From Octopus sinensis (Eukaryota): a stretch of DNA of 64,000 bases. The notes beneath the pieces were generated by a model. It saw only the letters and a list, made by a program, of their open reading frames with translations, was not told the origin of the DNA and ran no database searches. The translations under genes were made by a program, and so were the position numbers. Shown here one piece after another: positions 12,931 through 24,119 of this stretch; position 1 is the stretch's first letter, and each line of letters opens with the position of its first letter. The stretch spans positions 128,774,001 through 128,838,000 of the forward strand of contig NC_043001.1 in assembly GCF_006345805.1 (NCBI RefSeq). Reading direction: 5' to 3'.

Positions 12931-13349
12931 GATCTTTTCGGTTTGAACGGCAGTTTTTTTCTAGCGGTGTTATATGAAATTGTCACCCATAATTATGACC
13001 CTAGTATCGATCTATTGCATTTCAATCTGTTTTAGGGTTAGGGTTAGGGGTGGGGGGAAGGGTGTCTTTTTTCTTCACAAATGTAAATAAACCCAATCTG
13101 TTTCTTAAACGAGGGACATATTCATACGGCACAGAATGTTTTTTTTACCTCAATGGACGTCATTGATTGGTTGAAATTGCAGAAATTGAAGAAAAAAAAC
13201 AACAAATATCTTACAAACTATAGAATATTCTCAATAAAGCCAAGAGAAAAAGATGTTTTGTAAACACATTCTACCAGTATACGAAGTTTAAAAGTGTTTA
13301 GTTACGTGGAAATTATTTTTAAAAACTGCCGTTCAAACCGAAAAGATCC
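12930..13349. mobile_element. Non-autonomous DNA transposon, 420 bp, ~29-bp TIRs
   Basis: GGATCTTTTCGGTTTGAACGGCAGTTTTT / AAAAACTGCCGTTCAAACCGAAAAGATCC; internal TTAGGGTTAGGGTTAGGG. Confidence 0.85.
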
Positions 13350-13561
13350 CCCCTACTCTCTCTCTCTCATACCTATGCGCGCGCGCACATTCACTCTCAC
13401 ACACACGCACACACATATGCGCGCGCGCACATTCACTCTCACACACACGCACACACATATGCGCGCGCGCTCATACACTCTCACACATTCACTTATTTAA
13501 TAGGCAGAGAGCATTGAATTCTCTTTTGCTGTTTTCATCCATTTAAGTTGACCATATTTAC

Positions 13562-15290
13562 ATGTTTACGTGTATGTATGTATGCATGTATGTGTGAATG
13601 TATTTATGTGTGTGTGTGTATGTATGTATGTATGTATGTATGTATGTGTGAATGTATTTATGTGTGTGTGTATGTATGTATGTATGTATGTATGTATGTG
13701 TGAATGTATTTGTGTGTGTGTATGTATGTATGTATGTATGTATGTATGTGTGAATGTATTTATGTGTGTGTGTATGTATGTATGTATGTATGTATGTATG
13801 TATGTGTGAATGTATTTATGTGTGTGTGTATGTATGTATGTATGTATGTATGTATGTATGTATGTATGTTTGAATGTATTTATGTGTGTGTGTGTATGTA
13901 TGTATGTATGTATGTATGTATGTATGTGTGAATGTATTTATGTGTGTGTGTATGTATGTATGTATGTATGTATGTATGTATGTATGTGTGAATGTATTTA
14001 TGTGTGTGTGTGTATGTATGTATGTATGTATGTATGTATGTGTGAATGTATTTATGTGTGTGTGTATGTATGTATGTATGTATGTATGTATGTGTGAATG
14101 TATTTATGTGTGTGTGTATGTATGTATGTATGTATGTATGTATGTATGTATGTGTGAATGTATTTATGTGTGTGTGTATGTATGTATGTATGTATGTATG
14201 TATGTGTGAATGTATTTATGTGTGTGTGTATGTATGTATGTATGTATGTATGTATGTATGTGTGAATGTATTTATGTGTGTGTGTATGTATGTATGTATG
14301 TATGTATGTATGTATGTGTGAATGTATTTATGTGTGTGTGTATGTATGTATGTATGTATGTATGTATGTATGTATGTGTGAATGTATTTATGTGTGTGTG
14401 TATGTATGTATGTATGTATGTATGTATGTGTGAATGTATTTATGTGTGTGTGTATGTATGTATGTATGTATGTATGTATGTGTGAATGTATTTATGTGTG
14501 TTGTGTATGTATGTATGTATGTATGTATGTATGTATGTTGTATGTGTGAATGTATTTATGTTGTGTGTATGTATGTATGTATGTATGTATGTATGTGTGA
14601 ATGTATTTATGTGTGTGTGTATGTATGTATGTATGTATGTATATGTATGTATGTGTGAATGTATTTATGTGTGTGTGTATGTATGTATGTATGTATGTAT
14701 GTATGTGTGAATGTATTTATGTGTGTGTGTATGTATGTATGTATGTATGTATGTGTGAATGTATTTATGTGTGTGTATGTATGTATGTGTGAATGTATTT
14801 ATGTGTGTATGTATGTATGTACGTATGTATGCGTGTATGTATGTGCGCGCGTGTGTGTATATGTATGTATGTATGTGTGTATGTAAGTGTGTGTGAATGT
14901 ATTTATGTGTGTGTATTTATGTATGTGCGTGTGTGTGTATATGTATGCACGTATGTGTGTATATATGTATGTATATATGTATGTATGTATGTATGTATAT
15001 ATGTATGTATGTATGTATATATATGTATGTATGTATGTATATATGTATGTATGTATGTATATATTATGTATGTATGTATGTATGTATGGTATGTATGTAT
15101 GTATGTCTGTATGTATGTATGTAGTATGTATGTTGTATGTATGTATGTTATGTATGTATGTATGTCTGTATGTATGTATGTATGTATGTATGTATGTATG
15201 TCTGTATGTATGTATGTATGTATATATGTATGTATGTATATATGTATGTATGTATGTATATGTATGTGTGTGTGTGCGTATGTGTCCTAT
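13562..15290. repeat. Compound (TATG)n/(TG)n array with recurring GTGAATGTATTTAT spacer (~50-65 bp period)
   Basis: Directly visible; more than 20 spacer copies between 13590 and 14910. Confidence 0.95.
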
Positions 15291-15802
15291 GATGAATCGG
15301 AGTTTGGCCAAAAGTCAGGTAATTTGTATGGATTTATTCATTGTGGCGGTGGCAGTTAAGTCTTATGTCGTTACCGTTAAAGTAATTGGTATATTGGTAC
15401 AGCATTAGATGACAACCAGGTAGCGTACTGACCTACTTCGATACCACCACCACCACCACCGATATCACCTATATCATCATCTCCACCACCAACACCACCA
15501 TCACCACCACTACCACCATCACCACCACTACCACCACCACCACTACAACTACCACCACCACCACCACCACTACCACCACCAACACCACTACCACCACTAC
15601 CACTACCACCACCACCACCACCACCACCACTACCACCACTACTACCACCACCACCACTACCACCACAACCACTAGCACCACCACCACTACCACCACCACC
15701 ACCACCACCACCATCACCACCACCACCACCACCACCACCACCACTACCACCACTACCACTACCACCACCACTACACCACCACCACCACCACTACCACCAC
15801 CA

Positions 15803-15895
15803 CAACAACACCGACGGTCACCATTACCGCCACCGCCACAACGCTGACGGCCACCATCACGACCGCTGCAAACGCCGCCATCGCCACCGACATCC

Positions 15896-15946
<51 letters not shown>

Positions 15947-16420
15947 AACTGTCGCCTCCACTTCCTTCAACCTAAATCCTGTCAGTTATCACCAATGTCT
16001 CCACAACTACTATAAACTCCGGTGGTAAGTTTTATAGTCTCTCAAAAGCCATTTGTCTCCCAAAAGCCATTTGTCTCCCAAATACCTCTTGTCCCCTCAA
16101 AGCTTTTAGTTTCCAAAAAGTCTTTACAGTCTCCTGTGCTACCATTTCTTCCACACTGCTGTACTAATGATTTCACAAGTTGATACAACCACCACCAGAA
16201 CTATCATATATCTCAAATGCAACCGTACCGTAATTCACCATCGTGACCACCACCACCCACCACCACCACCACCACCACTACCACCACTACCACTACACCA
16301 CCACCACCACTACTACTACCACCACCACAACAACACCGACGGTCACCATTACCGCCACCGCCACAACGCTGACGGCCACCATCACGACCGCTGCAAACGC
16401 CGCCATCGCCACCGACATCC

Positions 16421-16471
<51 letters not shown>

Positions 16472-16785
16472 AACTGTCGCCTCCACTTCCTTCAACCTAA
16501 ATCCTGTCAGTTATCACCAATGTCTCCACAACTACTATAAACTCCGGTGGTAAGTTTTATAGTCTCTCAAAAGCCATTTGTCTCCCAAAAGCCATTTGTC
16601 TCCCAAATACCTCTTGTCCCCTCAAAGCTTTTAGTTTCCAAAAAGTCTTTACAGTCTCCTGTGCTACCATTTCTTCCACACTGCTGTACTAATGATTTCA
16701 CAAGTTGATACAACCACCACCAGAACTATCATATATCTCAAATGCAACCGTACCGTAATTCACCATCGTGACCACCACCACCCCC
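15803..16785. repeat. Near-identical direct tandem duplication, period ~525 bp
   Basis: ACAACAACACCGACGGTCACC at ~15803 and ~16327; identical ORF starts at 16167 and 16692. Confidence 0.9.
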
Positions 16786-17174
16786 ACCCCCACCAACAAC
16801 AACCACAACAACCACTATTCCTATCACCATCTCTTGCATCACCATTATACTCCCTATTCTGTAATGCTTCTTCGTCCTCCAGCTGGTTCCAAATGCTAGG
16901 GCTCAGATCCTTTACTGAGCCGAGCATCAATGGCATCGCGCTGAACCGCCGTAGAGAGTCTACATTGGCAATGGGCTCTTTATTTGCACTAAATAATTGC
17001 TGCTCACATTGGCGTAAAACCAGAAATTTTGTAAAGGTGTATAGGCAGTTAAATTGACACTGGTGCTTTTTTTTTTTTAAATCGGTTCAGAAATTAGAAA
17101 GACAATGCCATCTTCTGTAAGATTTGAATTCTGGAAGAAAATTTCCAGATCCCCTAAAATCTATAAGTCTTCGG

Positions 17175-17940
17175 GAAGATTTAAGTCTCCCAAAAAGCCG
17201 TTAGTCTTTTAAAAACTTTTAGTCACTCAAACGCCTTTAACCTCTCAAAAGCCATTAATCACTCAAACGCCTTTAACCTCTCAAAAGCCTTAAGTCGCCC
17301 AAAAGCCGTTAGTCTTTCAGAAGCCTTTAGTCACTCAAACATCTTTATCTCTCAAAAGCCATTAGCCACTCAAACGCTTTTAACCTCTCAAAAACCGTCA
17401 GTCTTTCAAAAGTCTTTATTCAGTCACCTAAACACTTTTAATCTATCAAAAGCCGATAGTCTCTCAAAGCCTTAAGTCGTCCAAAAGCCGTTAGTCTTTC
17501 AGAAGCATTTAGTCACTCAAACGTCTGTAATCTCTTAAAAGCCGTTAGTCTTCCAAAAGCCTTACTTCTCCCCAAAACCTTAATTTTACCAAAACCCGTT
17601 AATCTATCAAAAACCGTTAGTCACTCAAACGCCTTCATCCTCTCAAGAGCCATTAATCACTCAGACGTCTTTAACCTCTCAAAAGCCTTAAGTCTCTCAG
17701 AATCTGTTAGTCTTTCAGAAGCCTTTAGTCACCCAAACGCCTTTAATCATTCAAAAGTCATTAGTCTCACAAAAGCCTTAAGTCTCCCAAAAGCTGTCAG
17801 CCTTTCAAAATCCTTTAGTCACCCAAACATCTTTAAGTCTTTCAGAAGCCTTTAGTCTCTCAAATGCCTTTCGTCTCTCAAAAGCCATTTGTCTCCCAAA
17901 AGCCTCTCTCCCCGCAAAACATTTAGTTTTCCAAAAGTCT
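17175..17940. repeat. Degenerate 18-bp minisatellite (consensus ~AAAAGCCNTTAGTCNCTC)
   Basis: In-register units at 17193, 17211, 17229, 17247, 17265, 17283, 17301 and onwards. Confidence 0.9.
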
Positions 17941-18261
17941 TTATAGTCTCCTGTGCTACCATTTCTCCCACACTGCTGTACTAGTTGATACAATAGAAGT
18001 ACTGTAGTCAATTTTACCGGCCATCATTGATACTGTCGCTCCCTCAGAATATAGATAAAACTCAATAAAGATGAGCTCACTGCATTTACGGTATTGGCAT
18101 ACGTTTAATGATTAACTTTGATTTCATGTATGTAGTGTCTCTAACTTGTTTCTTCCCTAAACTCTTATTTTTCTATACCAACCAGAGTACAATATCATAC
18201 ATTTACCCCATGATTCTCTCATCGCAACTTCAGTATATACAGTCAAGTGTACGCTTTTATC

Positions 18262-18563
18262 GACGCCGAAAGGATGAAAGTTAAAGTCGACCACAGTGGA
18301 ATTTGAACTCAGAATGTTAAGACGAAATACCTATTTCTTTACTACCCACAAGGGGCTAAACATAGAGGAGACAAACAAGGACAGACAAACGGATTAAGTC
18401 GATTACATCGATCCCCAGTGCGTAACTGGTACTTAATTTATCGACCCCGAAAGGATGAAAGGCAAAGTCAACCTCGGTGGAATTTGAACTCAGAATGTAA
18501 CGGCAGACAAAATACGGCTACGCATTTCGCCCGGCGTGCTAACGATTCTGCCAGCTCGCCGCC
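18262..18563 (-). mobile_element. OK-type SINE (headed unit plus partial second unit)
   Basis: GACGAAATAC|CTATTTCTTT junction at ~18330; head CTGCCAGCTCGCCGCC at ~18550-18563. Confidence 0.85.
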
Positions 18564-18577
18564 TTATATAAGTAATA

Positions 18578-19700
18578 CGAGGTGGTATCAAAAGGTTCCA
18601 GGACTTGTTAAGTTTAATAAAGAACTTATTCACCTAAGTTTTAACATCATCTCTTTCGAAATAGTCACCTCGCACAGCAATACGCCAGTCCCAGCGTTCC
18701 TGCCCCTTTTGGAATCCGGATTGGAAGTCGTTTTCCGTAATCGAGTCGAGGACATTCTGCAGTTTGCTTTTGATCTCGACAACGGTGTTAAAATGGCGAT
18801 CTTTGCGCTGCATTTTCATCTTGGGGGAAGAGATGGAAGTCCGCAGGTGCTACACCTGGTGAATAGGGTGGGTGCAGAAGCGATGCCATGTTGTTTTTGG
18901 CGAGAAACTCGCGAATGAGGAGAGCTTGGTGACAGTGTGCATTTTTGTCGTGAAGAATTTAATTCTTCGCGCTCCACAGAACCGGTCGGTTTCGCCGAAT
19001 GTCCCTTCTAAAACCCTTCAAAACGTTGATTGTCCTCCGATAACCCTCATGCACAAGCTGATGAATTTTCTCCACATTTCCGGGGGTGATGCTTGTGGAA
19101 GGTCTTCCAGATCGCTCATCGTCTTCCAGGGACATTCTTCTGGTTTTGAAGCGCCCGTGCCGCTCGAAACATTGCGAACGATCGTCGCCATAATCTGCCT
19201 ACGCATGCTCAATGTCTTTGTAACAGACTTCCCAAGTTTAACGGAAAATTTCATGTTAACTCTTTGTTCCAACTTCCTGTCCACGACAAAAATCACAGAC
19301 TACAACATACATGTGATCAAACAAAACACAAATTTCACAACTTGCAAAGTAAACACAGTGACGTCGCTCAGCACATCATTCATCATCATCATTATTCGAC
19401 CGTGGTCGAGACAATGGAATTTACCATGCTACGCCAGACTTCACGGTCCATCATGGCATTAAGGAGGTCCTGTTGCTGGATGCCTGTATCCCTGGAGATT
19501 ACATCAGGGTAGGAGAGTGTGCGCCTTCTGGTATAGCGAGTAGATGGCTTCCAGAGGAGAAGAGTAGAAATTACTTCCTTTTCAGCTCTACAACACTGTC
19601 TCATGAAGGTCTCTACTAGCTCTCACTGTGCACGCGACCGTGTGCTGCCATCTGTTGGCGCACTGCGGAACTTGTCCGGGGACTTTTTGATATCACCTCA
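18578..19700 (-). mobile_element. mariner (DD34D) transposon, internally deleted, TA TSD
   Basis: TIRs CGAGGTGGTATCAAAAGGTTCCAGGAC / GTCCGGGGACTTTTTGATATCACCTCA with TA flanks; EQRVNMKFSVKLGKS N-terminus, ILHDKNA, HPPYSPGVAPADFHLFPKMK, RWDWRIAVRGDYFE; WVPHEL and first catalytic D region deleted. Confidence 0.9.
19376..19620 (-). mobile_element. 3' end of an RTE LINE inserted in the mariner
   Basis: RTLSYPDVISRDTG...LLNAMMDREVWRSMV* followed by an (ATG)n tail. Confidence 0.75.
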
Positions 19701-19887
19701 TATATTAGTTATTAACTAATATAGTGAGAAACACCGTTGAAAGAAGCGGAGAAATACTACGTTTTCAGCCGTTTAATCACCATGGAAGCATGGAAAAGCT
19801 CCGGTTAAATGTGCTTGAAGGCTCATGAAAGACTGCTCTTTTGAAATTTCTTCACGTTGCCTCGGTTGATCAAGGTCGATCAATAAT

Positions 19888-19903
19888 CTGTGTGTGTGTG
19901 TGA

Positions 19904-19939
<36 letters not shown>

Positions 19940-20275
19940 GTATGTATGTATGTATGCATGTATGTATGTATGCATGTATGTGTGTGTGTGTATGTATGTA
20001 TGTGTGTGTGTGTATGTATTTATGTATGTGTGTATGTATGTATGTATGCATGTATGTATGTAATTATGTGTGTGTGTGTATGTATGTATGTATGCATGCA
20101 TGTGTGTATGTATGTATGTATTTATGTATGTATGTGTGTATGTATTTATGTATGTATTTATGTATGTATGTATGTATGTATGTATGTATGTATGTATGTA
20201 TGTATGTATGTATGTATGATGTATGTGTGTATGTATGTATGTATGCAATTATGTATGTATGTATGTATGTATGTG
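19888..20275. repeat. (TATG)n/(TG)n microsatellite
   Basis: Directly visible. Confidence 0.95.
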
Positions 20276-20676
20276 CAGACCCTTGTGTTTAAAAGAAAGT
20301 TGGATGCTGGCTCTGCATGAAAGGTAGACAGCCACAATAGAAACCTCAAATGTTTGTGCGAGTGTATGTGACAATGAGTTGTCTAATACAGCGGTAATAT
20401 GACGAACAACCAAATCCATCCCAGAAGCATTGTAGGCCTCTGGGCGTATCAATGCATTGACCTTATAACATTTATTGACAGCAAGCCACAAGATATATGG
20501 GTCTGTATTGGACCCCTAGACCTATGGAGGCCCCTGGGCAACAACCCGGTGTACCCATGCCTTAAGAAGGCCCTGTGCGCAACACGATCAGGACGGCCAC
20601 CTGTGGTTAACAGCAAAGATTTGGTGGGCCACAACGTATTTCATAAGACTAAAGAAATCGTAGTTATTTTATATGT

Positions 20677-20822
20677 AGGCGCAGGCGTGGCTCTCCCCGA
20701 TCACATGATTCTGGGTTCAGTCCCACTGCGTGACACCTCGCGTGAATGTCTTCTACTACTGCCCTGGGCCGACCAAAGTCTTGTGAATGGATTTAGTAGA
20801 TGGGAACTAAAAGAAGACCGTC
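20677..20822 (+). mobile_element. Diverged OR-type SINE head (A-box region deleted), host of the 7SL insertion
   Basis: AGGCGCAGGCGTGGCT...GGGTTCAGTCCCACTGCG...AAAGAAGACCGTC; its body resumes at ~21163 (GTGTTTGTCCACCTCCACCGCTTGACAAC). Confidence 0.8.
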
Positions 20823-21101
20823 CCTGTAATCCAGCTACTCGGAGGCTTGGTTGGTTGACCGGTTTGAGGATGGGAGTCCTGGTAGTCGGTCTTCTATGGC
20901 GATCGGGTGTCCGCGCTAAGCTCGGCATCAATATGGTGCTGGAGAGGGAGCTCATCAGGACCGGGTTGTCTAAGGAGGGTCGTTTCGGCCCAGGGTGGGA
21001 ACGCAGCAGGCAAAAGGCCCCGTGTCGAGCAATAGTGGGATCGAGCCTGTGAATAGTCGTCGGCTGGCAGCCTGTTCGATATAATTGAACTCCAACCTTT
21101 T
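20820..21101 (+). ncRNA. 7SL (SRP) RNA copy, 5'-truncated by about 15 nt; probable retrocopy
   Basis: CCTGTAATCCAGCTACTCGGAGGC (Alu domain), CGATCGGGTGTCCGCGCTAAGCTCGGCATCAATATGGTG, helix 6 GAG-GGAG-CTC (GNRA at 20947-50), helix 8 CAGG-GTG-GGAA-CGC-AGCAGG (GNRA at 20998-21001, SRP54 loop), AATAGTGGGATCGAGCCTGTGAATAG, ends CCAACCTTTT. Collinear with recalled metazoan 7SL. Confidence 0.93.
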
Positions 21102-21162
21102 AAAGGCGGTGCTCCAGCATGGCCGCAGTCAAATGACTGAAACAAGTAAAAGAGTAAAAGAG
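21102..21162 (+). mobile_element. OR-type SINE 3' tail fused directly to the 7SL 3' end
   Basis: AAAGGCGGTGCTCCAGCATGGCCGCAGTCAAATGACTGAAACAAGTAAAAGAGTAAAAGAG, matching the young copies at 29762, 34700 and 43160. Confidence 0.9.
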
Positions 21163-21229
21163 AATGTGTATGTGTTTGTCCACCTCCACCGCTTGACAAC
21201 TGGTATTGGTGTCTCTACATCTTCGTAAC

Positions 21230-21530
21230 TGAGACTTGTGAGTAGATTTGGTAGACAGAAACTGCAAGAAGCCCGCCGTGTATATAAATATATCTATGAA
21301 AGTGTCTTTGTGTCTGTATTTTTCCCTCGCCCTCATCGCTTGACAACCGGTGTTAGGGTGTTTATGTCCTCGTAAATTAGCAGTTTGGCAAAAAGAGTAC
21401 GATGGAACAAGTACCCGGTTTTAAAAAAATAAGTACTGGGAACAATTTGTTCGACTAAATCCTTCAAAGCGGTGCCCCAGCATGGCCGCAGTCAAATGAC
21501 TGAAAACAATCAGAAGATAACAGATAAAAG
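21230..21530 (+). mobile_element. Diverged, 5'-truncated OR-type SINE
   Basis: CTTGTGAGTAGATTTGGTAGACAGAAACTG...GCGGTGCCCCAGCATGGCCGCAGTC. Confidence 0.75.
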
Positions 21531-21775
21531 ATAGTGTAATGTTTCTTTGACCATGTACCACCATCACCACCACCACCACCACCACCACCACCGCGTTACG
21601 AGCCAACGAGGGAGCTTCTATGTAGTAGCGTGACATGCTAGAAATAGCAGTCAAATCTGCCTAAAAACCCACACAAGATTTTTTTACAAAAAAAAAAGGA
21701 ACACAATGATTAATGTATTCCCGGGTACACTATACCTCAACACAAACATGTAATAATAAATAAATTTTTAATAAC

Positions 21776-22165
21776 AGGCGTAGGAGTGGCTGTGTGGTAA
21801 GTAGCTTGCTTGCCAACCACACGGTTTCGGGTTCAGTCACACTGCGTGGCACCTTGGGCAAGTGTCTTCTACTATAGCCTCGGGCCGACCAAAGCCTTGT
21901 GAGTGGAACTGGTAGACGGAAACTGAAAGAAGCCCGTCACACACACACACACATATATATGTTTGTGTGTCTGTGCTTATACCCCCAACATCGCTTGACA
22001 ACCGATGCTGGTGTGTTTACATCCCCGTAACTTAGCGGTTCGGCAAGAGAGACTGATAGAATAAGTACTAGGCTTACAAAGAATAAGTCCTAGGGTCGAT
22101 TTGCTCGACTAAAGGCGGTGCTCCAGCATGGCCACAGTCAAATGACTGAAACAAATAAAAGAATT
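21776..22165 (+). mobile_element. OR-type SINE, full length
   Basis: Head, microsatellite and tail as at 1157. Confidence 0.9.
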
Positions 22166-22235
22166 TTTAAAGTTTGAAGGCTTCGGATCAACGACTTGCT
22201 CAACAACTACCCCGGGTTAAACACTACTACTACTA

Positions 22236-22466
22236 AGGCGGCGAGCTGGCAGAGTCGTTAGCACGCCGGGCGAAATGCGTAGCCGTATTTCGTCTGCCGC
22301 AACGTTCTGAGTTCAAATTCCGCCGTGGTCGACTTTGCCTTTCATCCTTTCGGGGTCGATAAATTAAGTACCAGTTACGCACTGGTGTCGATGCAATCGA
22401 CTTAATTCGTTTGTCTGTCCTTGTTTGTCCTCTCTGTGTTTAGTCCCTTGTGGGTAATAAAGAAAC
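22236..22466 (+). mobile_element. OK-type SINE
   Basis: AAGGCGGCGAGCTGGCAGAG...AATAAAGAAAC. Confidence 0.9.
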
Positions 22467-22715
22467 ATACTACTACTACTACTACTACTACAAATACTAC
22501 CACCACCACCACCACACTACTACTACTACTACTACAACAAATACCACCACCACCACTACTACTTACTACTACTACAAATACTACTACCACCACTACTACC
22601 ACCACCACCACTACTACTACTACTACTACAACAAATACCACCACCACCACCACCACTACTACTTACTACTACTACAAATACTACTACCACCACCACCACC
22701 ACTACTACCACCACC

Positions 22716-22748
<33 letters not shown>

Positions 22749-23039
22749 GCTGCTGCTACTGCTGCTGCTGTTGTTGTTGTTCAAGGCAAATGTAATGTAG
22801 AATGAAATTAGTGTCATCTGAGTGAAAAATGCAGGTTTAAGTTTTCAAGTTTTCAAGTCAAAATGAAAAACTAATGACAGATTTATCTCCCTTACATCGA
22901 GATTTTTGGCTTTTGCGAAATGTTTGCTTTTGCTGAATGTCTCGTCTGCTATGGAAGAGAGTCTGGCAGCGATTTGTCGTTATATCAGGGGACAGTGGGG
23001 CTACGAGAAAATACCACACACACACACACACATCTTTTT

Positions 23040-23570
23040 TCAAAATTTCATTTTATTACTTGCTTCAGTCATTGGACCGAGGCCATGCTGGAGCACACCA
23101 CGGTAGGGTTTAATCGAACAAATATCGATTACAGTACTTATTTAAAAAGTCTGATACCTATTCTATTGGTGTGTGTTATAAGGATGTAAACAAACCAGCA
23201 TCGATTATCGAGCGGTGGTAGACAAACACTCACACACTGACACAAGCACACACACGCACAAACACACATAAATTCACACTCATACACACATACGTATACA
23301 TACACATACTCAGACACCGCATGTATAAATTCACACACATACGCATACATACAAACACATAAATTCCCACACATACACACATACATATACATACACAAAC
23401 ACACACACACACACACACTCACATACACACACTTGCATAGATTCAGTCAAAGGCATTGGTCGTCCAGGGGCTATAGTAGAAGACACTCGATCAGGGTACC
23501 GCGCATTGGGGCTGAACCCGAAACCACCTGCCCACAAGGCAAGCTTTCGTAACCACACAGCTATGCCAGT
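23040..23570 (-). mobile_element. Diverged OR-type SINE
   Basis: Tail CTTCAGTCATTGGACCGAGGCCATGCTGGAGCAC; head AACCACACAGCTATGCC. Confidence 0.7.
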
Positions 23571-23872
23571 GCGTAACTTCTTGGCTAAGTCTGTTTAATT
23601 TAATTTGGATCGAGCCAAGCTTTGGGAGTTAAATTAGACGGAAGACAAGTATATAGAAATCCTTTGGATGGACTATATGTGTAATTCGGATGTCCTTCTC
23701 TCGTTTCACTGATATAACCGGAGAATTATGATAAGGGTACATGAGTCTGTTAAACGTTAGCCATTTGGTATGCTAATTCAGTTGTTCAGTTGAGTGAGAA
23801 AAAATTAAATAACCATATGTCAAAACCGATGGTGCGTATGTGTGTGTGTGTGTGCGCGAGGGGAAGAAAGTC

Positions 23873-23914
<42 letters not shown>

Positions 23915-24119
23915 TATATATATATATATATATCTATATATATCTATATATATATATATGTAAAAAAATACAGACTGGGACAAGAACGCAAAACGTTTAG
24001 AAGACGATACAAAAAACACGGACGGGACATTCGAAGCCTTCAATCTTCAGTCAAGAACCGGATCATCCTCGCAATTTCAGTTGAATATATATGCACAAAC
24101 ACACACATGCAGACATATA

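Noticed and set aside
13012-13030. Telomere or interstitial telomeric site
   Set aside because: Only three TTAGGG units, internal to a MITE.
16883-17036. Possible exon WFQMLGLRSFTEPSINGIALN... (also 8853-8942, 35513-35570, 56749-56846)
   Set aside because: Splice-like borders but no recognisable protein and no consistent phase chain with the other candidates; could be repeat debris.
20399-21052. 217-aa ORF on +
   Set aside because: It runs across a SINE head and the 7SL copy; an incidental GC-rich open frame.
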